The notes: generated from the letters alone by a model not told the origin. Shown: positions 37,259-47,209, counted from the first letter of the stretch. The stretch: DNA of 64,000 bases from an uncultured bacterium (GCA_963826535.1 CAWGXL010000010.1:298814-362813); one strand, 5' to 3'. Program-made: numbers and translations.

Positions 37259-39802
37259 ATGAAGATATCTTTTGTTACCACAATATTTAATGAGGAAAAA
37301 ACAATAGAGAAGTTTCTTGACTCACTATTTTCGCAAACCCAATTACCGGATGAAATTATTATTGTAGATGGGGGAAGCACTGACCATACAATCGCTAAGC
37401 TGGAAAATCACAAAGAAAAATTTTTACTTTTAATTAAAAAAGGCAATAGATCGGTCGGTAGAAATGTAGCAATTAAGCACGCTAAAGGTGATATAATTGT
37501 CTGTTCCGATGCCGGAAATATATTGGATAAAAAATGGTTAGAGAATATCACAAAGCCTTTTAAAGATAAAAATAATGATGTCGTTGCAGGTTTCTACAAA
37601 GGAAAAGCGGAAAATATTTTACAAAAATGTTTAATTCCTTATGCCCTTGTAATGCCCGATAAAGTCGACCCCAATAACTTCCTCCCTTCCGCCCGTTCAA
37701 TGGCCTTTAAGAAATCTATCTGGAAAAAAATCGGTGGATTCCCGGAAAAATATAGTCATAATGAGGATTATGTTTTCGCCAATCAACTTAAAAAAATAAA
37801 TGCAAGTATTTTTTTCGCCAAAGACGCGATTGTGTATTGGTTCCCTAGAAACACGTTCAATGAAGCGTTTAATATGTTTTACCGTTTTGCATTAGGCGAC
37901 ATTGAAGCAAAAATATTCCGCTCCAAAGTATTACTGCTTTTCGCGCGTTATTTTCTCGGATTATATTTAATTTTTTTATCAATTTTATATCAATCAGTCA
38001 TAGGCGAGGTTATAATTCTTAGTATTTTTATAATTTATCTACTTTGGGCAATTCAGAAAAACTATAGATATGTACTAGATATTCGCGCCCTTTACTTACT
38101 TCCTGCAATTCAACTTACTTCAGACGCTGCAGTCATATTTGGATCTGTAGTTGGTTTGTTAAAAATAATAATACAGTTTAATTATCTTACTTTTATAAAA
38201 CAAAACAAATTATTATTTGTTATTCTGACTATATATATTTCATTTCTAGTATTCACCTTAAAATGGGGGATACCCAATCAAAATCACCCATTCCCCTACC
38301 ATATGGATGAATGGCATCAACTGCAGGCAGTAGCAAATACTTTCAGATTTGGAACACCTAATACTGTAGGATCAGCCAATGGAACCATGTTCCATTTTCT
38401 CTTTTCCGGCTTTTACCTCCTACCCTTCACATTACTTCAAATCATAAATCCCTTTGAACTTCAAATCGATAATTTTCAGATGCGGGAAAGAATATTTGAA
38501 ATTTTTAGATTTCAAACAATAATTTTTGGATCATTTTCAATATTAATTATCAATAAAATTGCGCAGTTGATTAATGCGTCAAAAAAATTGGTGATAACCT
38601 TGTTTACATTTTCTCCAATTTGGTTGATACTTAGCGGCTATTTTAAATATGATATTGCTCTCATTTTTTGGATTTTATTTTCATTATATTATATCGTTAA
38701 ATTTTCTAAATTACCTAGCAATCGAAATTTCATAATTGCCGCAATACCGGCAAGTTTAGCTATTGCAATAAAAGTAAGCGCTATTCCGCTATTACCGATC
38801 TATATTTTTTCATTTTTCCTATTTAGTCCATCTATTAGAAAAAACATCAAATTTTTATTTATAGGTGTTATTATTTTTATCTTTACACTTCTTTTGTTTG
38901 GCTTTCCTGACACATTATTTGGGAAAGGGAATTTATTACTATACCTTTTCGAGAACATTGTTCAAGGCCCGCAATCGTCATCAAATTTTATTTTAGGAAT
39001 GTCCCCATACACATTTCTGATCCTAAGACATTACCCTGTAATTTTTGGTCATGGTTTAATTTTCCTGTTTATCATTTCATGTATATTTTGGATCTATATA
39101 TGGTCAAAGAATGGATTTAGTAAATATAAACATGTGCTGTTTCTTTTCTTTTGTTTTTTAATTTTTTTTATTAGTATCCTGCCCCTAAAAATTTACGCAG
39201 GTGGAAACAGAAGTCTTGTTCTTTTACCATTTTTTACACTGCTTGTTTCTTTAACCTGGGGCGAATTCAAAATATGGCCAAGGCTAAAGCTCTTGGTATT
39301 AGTTATGTTAATTATCGCTCTAAGTTTACAGATATATGAATCGTCATTATGGGCAGCAATTAAGATTGGCAACAGCCCCCAAGAAGTATCATCGGAATGG
39401 ATACAAAAAAATATACCCAAAAATTCTACAATCGGTATAGAGAATGTCCCAATATATCAAAATATCCCGGATATAATTCAAAAAGAATTTTACTTTGATC
39501 AATATAATATAAATCAAGAAAAAAGATATAAATATCAAATAATCGATGCCGAGTCCGGATCATTACCACAATATATTGTAATTACTTCCGGGGATATTGA
39601 AAAAAAACTTGTTAAAGAATCACCAAAAAAGGACTTGTTAAATAGACTTAGTAAAGAAAAATATATAATATTGATTTCCTTTTCGCCCATTGCAATAAAA
39701 TATTTACCTTTAATAAATGATGTAGATTACTATTTCAGCTGGCTGGGAGCCCCTCCACTAACAACTACCATTTATGTATATCCAATCCTTGTGAAACAGT
39801 AA
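37259..39802 (+). CDS. GT2 glycosyltransferase domain fused to a large polytopic membrane domain
   Basis: N-terminus MKISFVTTIFNEEKTIEKFLDSLFSQTQLPDEIIIVDGGSTDHT (GT-A with DxD), followed by about 600 aa of TM helices. Confidence 0.7.
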   Translation: MKISFVTTIFNEEKTIEKFLDSLFSQTQLPDEIIIVDGGSTDHTIAKLENHKEKFLLLIKKGNRSVGRNVAIKHAKGDIIVCSDAGNILDKKWLENITKPFKDKNNDVVAGFYKGKAENILQKCLIPYALVMPDKVDPNNFLPSARSMAFKKSIWKKIGGFPEKYSHNEDYVFANQLKKINASIFFAKDAIVYWFPRNTFNEAFNMFYRFALGDIEAKIFRSKVLLLFARYFLGLYLIFLSILYQSVIGEVIILSIFIIYLLWAIQKNYRYVLDIRALYLLPAIQLTSDAAVIFGSVVGLLKIIIQFNYLTFIKQNKLLFVILTIYISFLVFTLKWGIPNQNHPFPYHMDEWHQLQAVANTFRFGTPNTVGSANGTMFHFLFSGFYLLPFTLLQIINPFELQIDNFQMRERIFEIFRFQTIIFGSFSILIINKIAQLINASKKLVITLFTFSPIWLILSGYFKYDIALIFWILFSLYYIVKFSKLPSNRNFIIAAIPASLAIAIKVSAIPLLPIYIFSFFLFSPSIRKNIKFLFIGVIIFIFTLLLFGFPDTLFGKGNLLLYLFENIVQGPQSSSNFILGMSPYTFLILRHYPVIFGHGLIFLFIISCIFWIYIWSKNGFSKYKHVLFLFFCFLIFFISILPLKIYAGGNRSLVLLPFFTLLVSLTWGEFKIWPRLKLLVLVMLIIALSLQIYESSLWAAIKIGNSPQEVSSEWIQKNIPKNSTIGIENVPIYQNIPDIIQKEFYFDQYNINQEKRYKYQIIDAESGSLPQYIVITSGDIEKKLVKESPKKDLLNRLSKEKYIILISFSPIAIKYLPLINDVDYYFSWLGAPPLTTTIYVYPILVKQ

Positions 39803-39883
39803 AAAGTTAATTACCCAAACAATGTTCCTCCTGAGTGAGGGGGAGTAGTATAAAACAACTCAACTGGTATAATATTAATAAAT

Positions 39884-41116
39884 ATGGGCTACACAAAAGA
39901 TGCCGTCAAAGGCATATCATGGATAGCGGTTCTTCGTATTTCAACTCGTGCAGTCGCCTTTCTCAAAACGGTTATTCTTGCCAGGATACTTGTGCCATCG
40001 CAGTTCGGTGCTTATGGAGTTGCGCTATTGGTTGTAGGGTTTCTGGAAGTAATGACTGAAACAGGTGTAAATGTACTTCTTATCCAGGAAAAAGAATCAG
40101 ATAAATATATAAATTCAGCATGGTTTGTTTCTATTATTCGGGGAATTATTATCGCACTAATTATTATTTTATTTACGCCTTTTATCGCTGATTTTTTCCA
40201 TTCGCCCGAATCCAAAATTTTATTGTATACGATGAGTATGGTTCCATTTCTCCGTGGATTTATTAACCCATCAATTGTAAATTTTCAAAAGCAACTTAAC
40301 TTCAACCTTGAATTTCGGTATAGATTTTCTATTTTTCTACTGGACTCAATTGTAGCGATCATACTCACATTAATAACACAAGATCCAATAGGTATAGTGT
40401 ACGGTATGATTGCCGGAGTTATACTGGAAGTATTACTTTCATATTTTATTGTAAAACCTATACCCCACTTTACCTTAAATTCTGATTACATCTCTAAAAT
40501 TCTTCATAGAGGCAAGTGGGTTACTGCTAGCGGAATTTTTAATTATTTATTTCACAACGCGGATAATATTGTAGTCGGCAGACTACTTGGAACATCTTCA
40601 CTTGGTATTTATCAAATAGCTTATTCACTTTCAATTCTCCCCATTACAGAAATTGCCGATGTCTTCTCCCGGGTCACATTTCCTGTATACACCAAAATTG
40701 CCGGAGACAAAGCTCGTTTGCGCAAAGCATTTATTAAAACACAGCTGGTAATAGCCTCTCTTACAATTCCATTAGGTATTATTCTATTTATATTCCCTAC
40801 AGAAATTGTTTCTTTAATCTTGGGAGAGAAGTGGCTGGGTGCAGTAGTTATCCTCCCAACTCTGGCAGTTTTTGGTGTAATTAGAGCTACTTCCGGATCT
40901 GCCTCAGCACTTTTTTTAGCTGTTGGCAAACAAGAGTATGTTACCGCTGCTACTTTAGTTAGCACATTAGGTCTTATAATTCCACTTATCCCGCTGGTTA
41001 TGAAATATGGCATTTATGGAGCTGCATTATCAGCATTAATAGGTTCTATTGCCGCTGTCCCTGTTTTCGTATATTATGCATTGAAAGTATTAAATACAAA
41101 AGATGAAAAGCGTTGA
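39884..41116 (+). CDS. Wzx-like oligosaccharide flippase (MOP superfamily)
   Basis: N-terminus KGISWIAVLRISTRAVAFLKTVILARILVPSQFGAYGVALLVVGF. 410 aa, about 12 TM helices. Confidence 0.75.
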   Translation: MGYTKDAVKGISWIAVLRISTRAVAFLKTVILARILVPSQFGAYGVALLVVGFLEVMTETGVNVLLIQEKESDKYINSAWFVSIIRGIIIALIIILFTPFIADFFHSPESKILLYTMSMVPFLRGFINPSIVNFQKQLNFNLEFRYRFSIFLLDSIVAIILTLITQDPIGIVYGMIAGVILEVLLSYFIVKPIPHFTLNSDYISKILHRGKWVTASGIFNYLFHNADNIVVGRLLGTSSLGIYQIAYSLSILPITEIADVFSRVTFPVYTKIAGDKARLRKAFIKTQLVIASLTIPLGIILFIFPTEIVSLILGEKWLGAVVILPTLAVFGVIRATSGSASALFLAVGKQEYVTAATLVSTLGLIIPLIPLVMKYGIYGAALSALIGSIAAVPVFVYYALKVLNTKDEKR

Positions 41117-41933
41117 TTCAAAAATTTACGACAAAGATTATTATCTGCATTCATGTTTGGGTTTTGAAGAATTTAAAAAATTTAAAGGTAAAAGGGTCCA
41201 TCTTCTAGGTGAAAAGTTTCTAGATCGAATTTCTATAATGCCTGGAATGAAAGTCCTAGACATTGGCTGCGGTAGAGGAGATCTGGCAATTGAATGTGCA
41301 AGAAGAGGAGCAAAAGCAACAGGTATAGATTACTCGGAAGACGGAATAGAAATTGCAAAGAGCTCATTGAAAAAGCAAAAATTGAATATTCAGAAAAATG
41401 TAAGTTTCTTTAAAATGGATTCAAAGAAACTGGAATTTGAAATCAATTCCTTTGATATAATTACATCTTATGACGTGTTTGAACATCTTTATAAAGATGA
41501 ACTGGAAATAGTAATGAATGAAATCTCCCGGGTTTTAAAGCCGAAAGGAATTCTATTAGTTCATACAGAAACTAATAAAATCTATTTAGATTTCACTCAT
41601 CATATTTGGTCTTACCCTTTAGATCAATTATTAATAAAAATTAACAAATTAATAACAAAAAAAGAATATCCCGGTTTACCGAAAGACCCACGGAACGAAC
41701 TTCATAAAAAGCAACATGTAAATGAACCAACCTACTTTTATCTAAGAAATCTTTTTATACGGCATTTATTTTCTGGCAAAATAATATCGCTTATTCCTAA
41801 GAAGCAAATATTTAGTTGGAAAGACAAAATCCATAATATACTTATTTCCCTTTATCCTATTTCTGGTTTCTTTCCTTTTCATCTTCTTTTTGCACATGAT
41901 TATATTTGCATTATGAAAAACAGTAAAAAATAA
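41103..41933 (+). CDS. Class I SAM-dependent methyltransferase
   Basis: Motif I VLDIGCGRGDLAIECARRGAKATGIDYS. Confidence 0.75.
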   Translation: MKSVDSKIYDKDYYLHSCLGFEEFKKFKGKRVHLLGEKFLDRISIMPGMKVLDIGCGRGDLAIECARRGAKATGIDYSEDGIEIAKSSLKKQKLNIQKNVSFFKMDSKKLEFEINSFDIITSYDVFEHLYKDELEIVMNEISRVLKPKGILLVHTETNKIYLDFTHHIWSYPLDQLLIKINKLITKKEYPGLPKDPRNELHKKQHVNEPTYFYLRNLFIRHLFSGKIISLIPKKQIFSWKDKIHNILISLYPISGFFPFHLLFAHDYICIMKNSKK

Positions 41934-43064
41934 ATGAAAATAGCAATCTTTCATGAACTGCATTCAGGCGGCGCAAGAAGATCTGTAAATGAATTCGCTA
42001 AAAGACTTAAGAAAAACCATATTGTCGATCTATACTTTGTAGATGAATTAAAAAACGACAATGAAAAGACTTTCTTCAGCAATGTCAATTATTATAAATT
42101 TATCCCAAAGAAATGGACTGGCAATGATTGGAAAACAAAATTATATAAAGACACTATTGAACTAATTAAACTTTATATTTTACACAAGAAAATTGCAATT
42201 GAGATTGACAGTAAAAAATATGACATTGTATTCATAGATCCGTCTAGGTTTACACAAGCGCCTTTTATTTTAAGATTTCTTAAGACCAAAAAAATATATT
42301 ATTGTCAGGAGCCTCTTAGGATGGTTTATGAAGAAGTATTTGATATAAAAAAAGATTTACACCCTCTAAAATTTCTTTACGAAAAATTAAATAGGTTAAT
42401 CAGAAAAAAAATAGACAATAAAAATATCAAATATGCTGATCTAATTATTGCGAATTCAAAGTATACCCAAAGCAATATCATGAAATCTTATGGCTTAAAA
42501 AGTACTTTTAGTTATATGGGAGTAGATACACAAGTATTTAAACCGGTCGAAATTAAAAAAGATATTGACATATTATTTATTGGAGCGTTTGAGTTTAGTG
42601 ATGGCTATAACTTATTTGAAAATGCAAAAAAATTTTTAAAGTCAAAAGCAAATATAAAAATTCTAGCTTCTGAAAAACAATGGATATCAAATGACCTAAT
42701 GATAAGAAACCTCTATTGCCGCTCCAGGTTAGTACTGGCATTAGCATTTAATGAGCCTTTTGGACTAATACCAATAGAAGCTATGGCATGTGGAGTTCCG
42801 GTTGTAGCAGTAAATGAAGGAGGGTATAAAGAGACTATTATTGATGGCGAAACTGGTTTTCTCGTTTCTAGAAATCCTAAAATTCTTGCTCAAAAACTAG
42901 ATTTTCTTTTAACACATCAATTGATCCTACAAAAAACGGGAGACAACGCACGTCGGAAAGTTACATCCCGCTGGACATGGGAAAAAAGTACTAATAAACT
43001 TGAAAACATATTGTTGAAGCACAATTCGCCGTCTGATTCTTACCCTCGTCTTACCAATTTCTAA
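41934..43064 (+). CDS. Glycosyltransferase family 4
   Basis: EAMACGVPVVAVNEGGYKETIIDGETGFLV (the GT4 E-X7-E region). Confidence 0.8.
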   Translation: MKIAIFHELHSGGARRSVNEFAKRLKKNHIVDLYFVDELKNDNEKTFFSNVNYYKFIPKKWTGNDWKTKLYKDTIELIKLYILHKKIAIEIDSKKYDIVFIDPSRFTQAPFILRFLKTKKIYYCQEPLRMVYEEVFDIKKDLHPLKFLYEKLNRLIRKKIDNKNIKYADLIIANSKYTQSNIMKSYGLKSTFSYMGVDTQVFKPVEIKKDIDILFIGAFEFSDGYNLFENAKKFLKSKANIKILASEKQWISNDLMIRNLYCRSRLVLALAFNEPFGLIPIEAMACGVPVVAVNEGGYKETIIDGETGFLVSRNPKILAQKLDFLLTHQLILQKTGDNARRKVTSRWTWEKSTNKLENILLKHNSPSDSYPRLTNF

Positions 43065-43119
43065 AGTTAAAATTTTAATATTGTACTAGTATTAAGTATT
43101 AATCAGGAGTTATATAAAT

Positions 43120-43392
43120 ATGGCAGATACTACAATGTTACGATCATATATAGACAGTTCAGTATACAAAAGAGATCAGGCAAGGCAGTATATAGACTCT
43201 TATATGAAACAAGCTGAACAATACGAGCAACAAGCGCAGACTTATATGAAACAAGCTGATGATTATAGACAACGAGCTCTACAGTATCAAACGGATGAAC
43301 AACAGGCTCAAAAAGATTTAGATTATTATCAACAACAAGTAACAGAGGCCGAACAGGAAGCATTACAAGCTTTACAGGAATCCGCCGGTTAG
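43120..43392 (+). CDS. Hypothetical Gln/Tyr-rich coiled-coil protein with an internal repeat
   Basis: YMKQAEQYEQQAQTYMKQADDYRQRA. The DNA direct repeat tatatgaaacaagctga occurs twice. An antisense ORF (43130-43396) is judged spurious. Confidence 0.4.
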   Translation: MADTTMLRSYIDSSVYKRDQARQYIDSYMKQAEQYEQQAQTYMKQADDYRQRALQYQTDEQQAQKDLDYYQQQVTEAEQEALQALQESAG

Positions 43393-43442
43393 ACAAACAA
43401 CCCCTTGAAAATTACAGATGACTCTGCTATCTTACAAGCAAC

Positions 43443-43931
43443 ATGATCCTCAAATTTATATATACATTATTTATTGGTATCCTCCTTGCTCTTTTTGTAG
43501 GCTTTGGAATAGCTGCATTCTATGAAGAACCAAAATATCCGGAACCTCCAATTAGTTTAAGATATCCTTCACCTTTATACTTGGAATCGAAAGAAAGTAC
43601 AATTGCCTCGCAACCTACAAAAGGTCAAATTGAGCAGGAAAAGCAACAGAAAAAATTCCAAAAGGACATAGAAGTATATAATAGAAATGTTTCCGTCATC
43701 GGTCTAATCTCGGCAATTATTTTTTTAATTATAAGCTTGCTTCTTGTAAAAAATTTACTTTTAATTTCCGATGGGCTACTACTTGGAGGAGTTTTTACTT
43801 TGCTTTATAGTATAGGGCGTGGATTTGCCAGTCATGACAATAAATTTCAATTTATTGCAGTCGCTATTGGACTGGTAATATCATTAATCCTGGGTTATAT
43901 AAAGTTTATAAAATCTGCCTCCAAAAAATAG
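43443..43931 (+). CDS. Hypothetical membrane protein
   Basis: 162 aa with N-terminal and C-terminal hydrophobic helices. Confidence 0.45.
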   Translation: MILKFIYTLFIGILLALFVGFGIAAFYEEPKYPEPPISLRYPSPLYLESKESTIASQPTKGQIEQEKQQKKFQKDIEVYNRNVSVIGLISAIIFLIISLLLVKNLLLISDGLLLGGVFTLLYSIGRGFASHDNKFQFIAVAIGLVISLILGYIKFIKSASKK

Positions 43932-44038
43932 TGTTCTCTTCTTTCTGAACGCTTACAGTAATTTTGTTGAACTCTCACTGTTAAGTCATATCATTAAACT
44001 TGAACAAGTAACTATATGTAAAAAGGAGGTGATAAAAT

Positions 44039-44224
44039 ATGGTATACAAAACAAAAAAAAGTGGTAGGGGTTTTGCCTCAATGAATCCTGATAAACAAAG
44101 ATTAATTGCGAGCAAAGGTGGAAAAGCAGCGCACCAAAAAGGTACTGCACACCAATGGACTAGCGAAGAAGCTCGGGCTGCAGGACAAATAGGCGGTAGA
44201 GCACGCCAAAGAAAAATAGCTTAA
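44039..44224 (+). CDS. KGG-repeat general stress protein (YciG/Con-10-like)
   Basis: GRGFASMNPDKQRLIASKGGKAAHQKG...GQIGGRARQRK. SD AAGGAGGTGA 8 nt upstream. Confidence 0.7.
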   Translation: MVYKTKKSGRGFASMNPDKQRLIASKGGKAAHQKGTAHQWTSEEARAAGQIGGRARQRKIA

Positions 44225-44278
44225 TTTTTATTAAATACCGGAAAAAATACTCGTTTTTAAAAAGCGGGTATTTTTTTG

Positions 44279-44298
44279 CCCTGCCTGCCGGCAGGCAG
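44279..44298. terminator. GC-rich hairpin (20-bp perfect palindrome CCTGCCTGCCGGCAGGCAGG) after the KGG gene
   Basis: 8-bp GC stem with a CCGG loop, followed by tctttctcatt. Island-like GC content in an AT-rich region. Confidence 0.5.
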
Positions 44299-44395
44299 GT
44301 CTTTCTCATTACTTACAATATTTTTGTTCAACTCTTATTGATAAGTATTACTATACTCAAGTGATTCTAATAAACAGAGAGGAGGTGAATTAAAT

Positions 44396-44647
44396 ATGAA
44401 TATTATATCCTGGATAATATTTGGATTAATTGTCGGAATAATAGCAAATGCTATTGATCCAGAACCAGCTCGTGGAGGATTGTTAAATGCAATGCTTCTT
44501 GGTATTGTAGGAGCACTCATTGGTGGATTTTTGGCAGATCTTATATTCGGCGTAAATGTCACCGGATTTAATTTAACTTCGTTCTTAATCGCGGTTGCCG
44601 GTTCCCTGATATTGCTCTTTATAGGAAGAGCAATGAGGAGAGCTTAG
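44396..44647 (+). CDS. GlsB/YeaQ/YmgE-family stress-response membrane protein
   Basis: MNIISWIIFGLIVGIIANAI...LLGIVGALIGGFLADLIF. SD GAGGAGGTGA. Confidence 0.8.
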   Translation: MNIISWIIFGLIVGIIANAIDPEPARGGLLNAMLLGIVGALIGGFLADLIFGVNVTGFNLTSFLIAVAGSLILLFIGRAMRRA

Positions 44648-44702
44648 TCGCTAAGGTATAAAACCTAGGTGACCAAATCCCAAGTAAAGGAGGTGAAAAA
44701 AT

Positions 44703-45029
44703 ATGACAAATGATCAAAACAAAAATGAAGATCATAATAATAAAAAAGGAATAAGTGCTGCGAAGGCAGGAGCCGTAGGGCTTCTGCTTGGAGCAGCAGG
44801 AACTGCCGCTCTGGTGCTGTCTGATCGTGAAATGCGAAAAAGAGCAACTAAAAAAGCAGGAGAAATGAGTCATACTATTGGTATATGGAGCAATAAAACA
44901 ATAAAAAATCTCCAGGGCACAACTGAAAAAACAAAAGAAAATTTAAAAGAGAATATTACAGAGTTAAAAGAAAAGCAAAAAGAAATTGACTCAAACGCAA
45001 AAGATAAGCTCGCGCGCAGTATCCACTAA
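44703..45029 (+). CDS. YtxH-like (DUF948) general stress protein
   Basis: KGISAAKAGAVGLLLGAAGTAALVLSDREMRKRATKKAGE then a coiled-coil tail. SD AAGGAGGTGA. Confidence 0.6.
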   Translation: MTNDQNKNEDHNNKKGISAAKAGAVGLLLGAAGTAALVLSDREMRKRATKKAGEMSHTIGIWSNKTIKNLQGTTEKTKENLKENITELKEKQKEIDSNAKDKLARSIH

Positions 45030-45033
45030 GCAT

Positions 45034-45079
45034 TAAAAAAGAAGGAGCAGAAATAATAATTATCTTCTCCTTCTTTTTT
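45034..45079. terminator. Bidirectional intrinsic terminator between convergent genes
   Basis: A-run, then stem AAGAAGGAG (45039-45047) / CTCCTTCTT (45067-45075), then TTTT. Confidence 0.6.
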
Positions 45080-45082
45080 GTG

Positions 45083-45808
45083 TTAAAGTAAGTAATTCAA
45101 CGGAGAATTTTCCTGAGAGGCTAGGAGTAGTTCTTCCTCCAACCTTCTCACATTCTTAATAATAAATAATCTGCCAATCTTCCCCAAGTATCCCTGTTTT
45201 TCCAATTTTTTCATCTCCAACGAAGTAGTTTCACGCGTAACTCCAACCATTGTTGCGATATCACGATGAGTAAGTGGTACCTGAACTACCATATCATTTC
45301 CTTGTTGCTCGCCAAATTTTTTAGCACAAATTAAAAGTGTCGTCGCTACTTTTATATACGCATTGCTAAAAATCAAATATTCAATTCTGGTGAGTACTCC
45401 GTCAAATTTAACTATAATTCTACTCGTCAGTTCAAACAAAACATCCGGATTTGCTTTAATAAAAGCAATAAATTGATCTTGTGGAGATTTCCATAATTCA
45501 AGTTGAGTAATTGATTCTAAGAAATAAGGGTTACTAATAATATTTATTCCGTAGGTAAAAGGAAAAAAGTCTCCCGGCTTTAAAATCATTAGTGTCAATT
45601 CCTCACCCTTTTCCGAAATCCTAAATACACGCAGGTATCCGCTTTTTAAATAAAACACACTTGCTGAACTATCTTGAGCATGAAGTATTAAATCTCTATT
45701 TTTATATCGCAATAACGGAAATATTTTGAAGAATAAATCAAGTTTTGAAAGGCTAACTGAATAGGTTTTTTCTAACATAAAACTATAAGCCATCTTATAG
45801 GGAGGCAA
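45083..45808 (-). CDS. Crp/Fnr-family transcriptional regulator
   Basis: cNMP-binding fold FYLKSGYLRVFRISEKGEELTLMILKPGDFF. HTH LTHRDIATMVGVTRETTSLEMKKLEKQGYL. Confidence 0.8.
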   Translation of the reverse strand: MPPYKMAYSFMLEKTYSVSLSKLDLFFKIFPLLRYKNRDLILHAQDSSASVFYLKSGYLRVFRISEKGEELTLMILKPGDFFPFTYGINIISNPYFLESITQLELWKSPQDQFIAFIKANPDVLFELTSRIIVKFDGVLTRIEYLIFSNAYIKVATTLLICAKKFGEQQGNDMVVQVPLTHRDIATMVGVTRETTSLEMKKLEKQGYLGKIGRLFIIKNVRRLEEELLLASQENSPLNYLL

Positions 45809-45918
45809 TTATAAAAAAATGAAGATAATGTAAGAAACTCATAATAAAAGCTTAGTTTTCGAAATAAACCTTGAAACAATTTGATTATTTGCTAAAATAA
45901 TATATCTTGCCCTACTTA

Positions 45919-45978
45919 CTGTCATTCCCCACAGGGGCAGACGAAAGTGACTGCTAGCTAGACAAGAGTAGGGGAATC
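45919..45978. repeat. Palindromic intergenic element, copy B (CTGTCATTCCCC...GGGGAAT)
   Basis: Terminal inverted repeat plus an internal ccccacagggg hairpin. Upstream of the histidine kinase. Confidence 0.5.
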
Positions 45979-45993
45979 TTTAAATTTTGTTTT

Positions 45994-47100
45994 ATGGCAA
46001 TATTATTAAAAAAAATAAATAAATCTACACTAAAGCTACTTGAAGCAGAATCATTTCCACAACTCTGTACTATGGTGCTCGAGGAGGCTATACAAGTGAC
46101 CGGCATACCGGCTGGAGAATTATTGCTTCTTTACAATGACAAATTAGAAAAAATATGCTCATCAAAGTTTCCCAAAAAAATAAAATTTAACAAAAACAAT
46201 AAAATTTATAAAATATTAAAAAAAGGAAAAATATTAATTTCACAAAATACTCTTTATATTCCGTTTGTTTACCACTATGAGTCAATAGGAATATTAATTC
46301 TCTTTTCTCCAACCGAGATAAACCTAAACAAGAAAGATATTGACTTATTACAGCTATTTGCAGCAACAATCGCGCTCACTATGAAAAAAACACAATTGCA
46401 CACTCAGGTACAAAATGCGCTTGAAATGAGAGATCGATTTATCTCATTGGCTTCTCATGAACTCCGAACTCCCCTTACTTCCTTAAATGGGTATATCCAA
46501 TTATTACATAGAAAACTTGCACATAAAAACACTCTTGAATCCCGTTGGGTTGAGGAATTATATCAGGAGAGCACAAGACTAACGAATTTAATAAAGGAAT
46601 TATTAGATATAAACCGAATTAAACAAGGACAACTTGAATTTATTTTACACGAGGTAGATGTAGTTGAAGTTATCATGAAGGCAATTGAACGTTTCCGCTT
46701 TATTAACAAGGAAAACGAGGTGATATTTTCAAATAAAATTAATAAGGAGCAGGGAAGAATTATAGGTGATTTCGATAAACTATTACAAATGGTAGCCGCT
46801 TTAATTAGCAATGCCGGTAAATTTTCCAAACCACGATCTAAAATACAAATAATCCTTGAAAGTAACAACCGCGATGTATTGTTAAAAGTTGAAGACCAGG
46901 GAAAAGGAATACCAAAAAAAGAGATAACAAAAATTTTTAACGGTTTCTATAAAATAGGAAAAGAAGAAAAAGAAGGTATGGGTGTTGGGCTCTTGCTTTC
47001 TGAACATATTGTTCAACATCACCATGGCAAAATAGAAATCACATCTCTTGAGAACAAAGGAACTACCATCGAAGTTCAATTACCCCGGATTAAAATATAA
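45994..47100 (+). CDS. Cytoplasmic sensor histidine kinase (GAF-like N-domain + HisKA + HATPase_c)
   Basis: H-box LASHELRTPLTSLNGYIQLL. G-boxes ...GKGIPKKEITKIFNGFYK...GMGVGLLL. No TM segment. Confidence 0.85.
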   Translation: MAILLKKINKSTLKLLEAESFPQLCTMVLEEAIQVTGIPAGELLLLYNDKLEKICSSKFPKKIKFNKNNKIYKILKKGKILISQNTLYIPFVYHYESIGILILFSPTEINLNKKDIDLLQLFAATIALTMKKTQLHTQVQNALEMRDRFISLASHELRTPLTSLNGYIQLLHRKLAHKNTLESRWVEELYQESTRLTNLIKELLDINRIKQGQLEFILHEVDVVEVIMKAIERFRFINKENEVIFSNKINKEQGRIIGDFDKLLQMVAALISNAGKFSKPRSKIQIILESNNRDVLLKVEDQGKGIPKKEITKIFNGFYKIGKEEKEGMGVGLLLSEHIVQHHHGKIEITSLENKGTTIEVQLPRIKI

Positions 47101-47209
47101 AAAAAACACTATATACAATTTCATATTGTAAGAAAATTCATGTTCAGCTTGACTTAGCTAAAATAATTGTATTAGATATACTTACACATTTTTAACAAAA
47201 GAACTGCCC

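Noticed and set aside
43130-43396. Minus-strand 88-aa ORF antisense to the Gln/Tyr coiled-coil gene
   Set aside because: It mirrors the repeat-rich plus-strand ORF. The plus frame has a coiled-coil heptad pattern and an upstream AT-rich promoter. Only one of the two can be real, and the plus frame is preferred.
44279-44298. 20-bp perfect palindrome CCTGCCTGCCGGCAGGCAGG as a restriction/mobile-element site
   Set aside because: It is a single copy directly after a stop codon and followed by a T-rich tract. A GC hairpin terminator is the simplest explanation.
45919-45978. Hammerhead/twister-type self-cleaving ribozyme in the GTCATTCC elements
   Set aside because: No CUGAUGA...GAAA hammerhead core and no twister conserved nucleotides are found. 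The interiors differ completely between copies, which argues for palindromic repeats rather than a conserved ribozyme.
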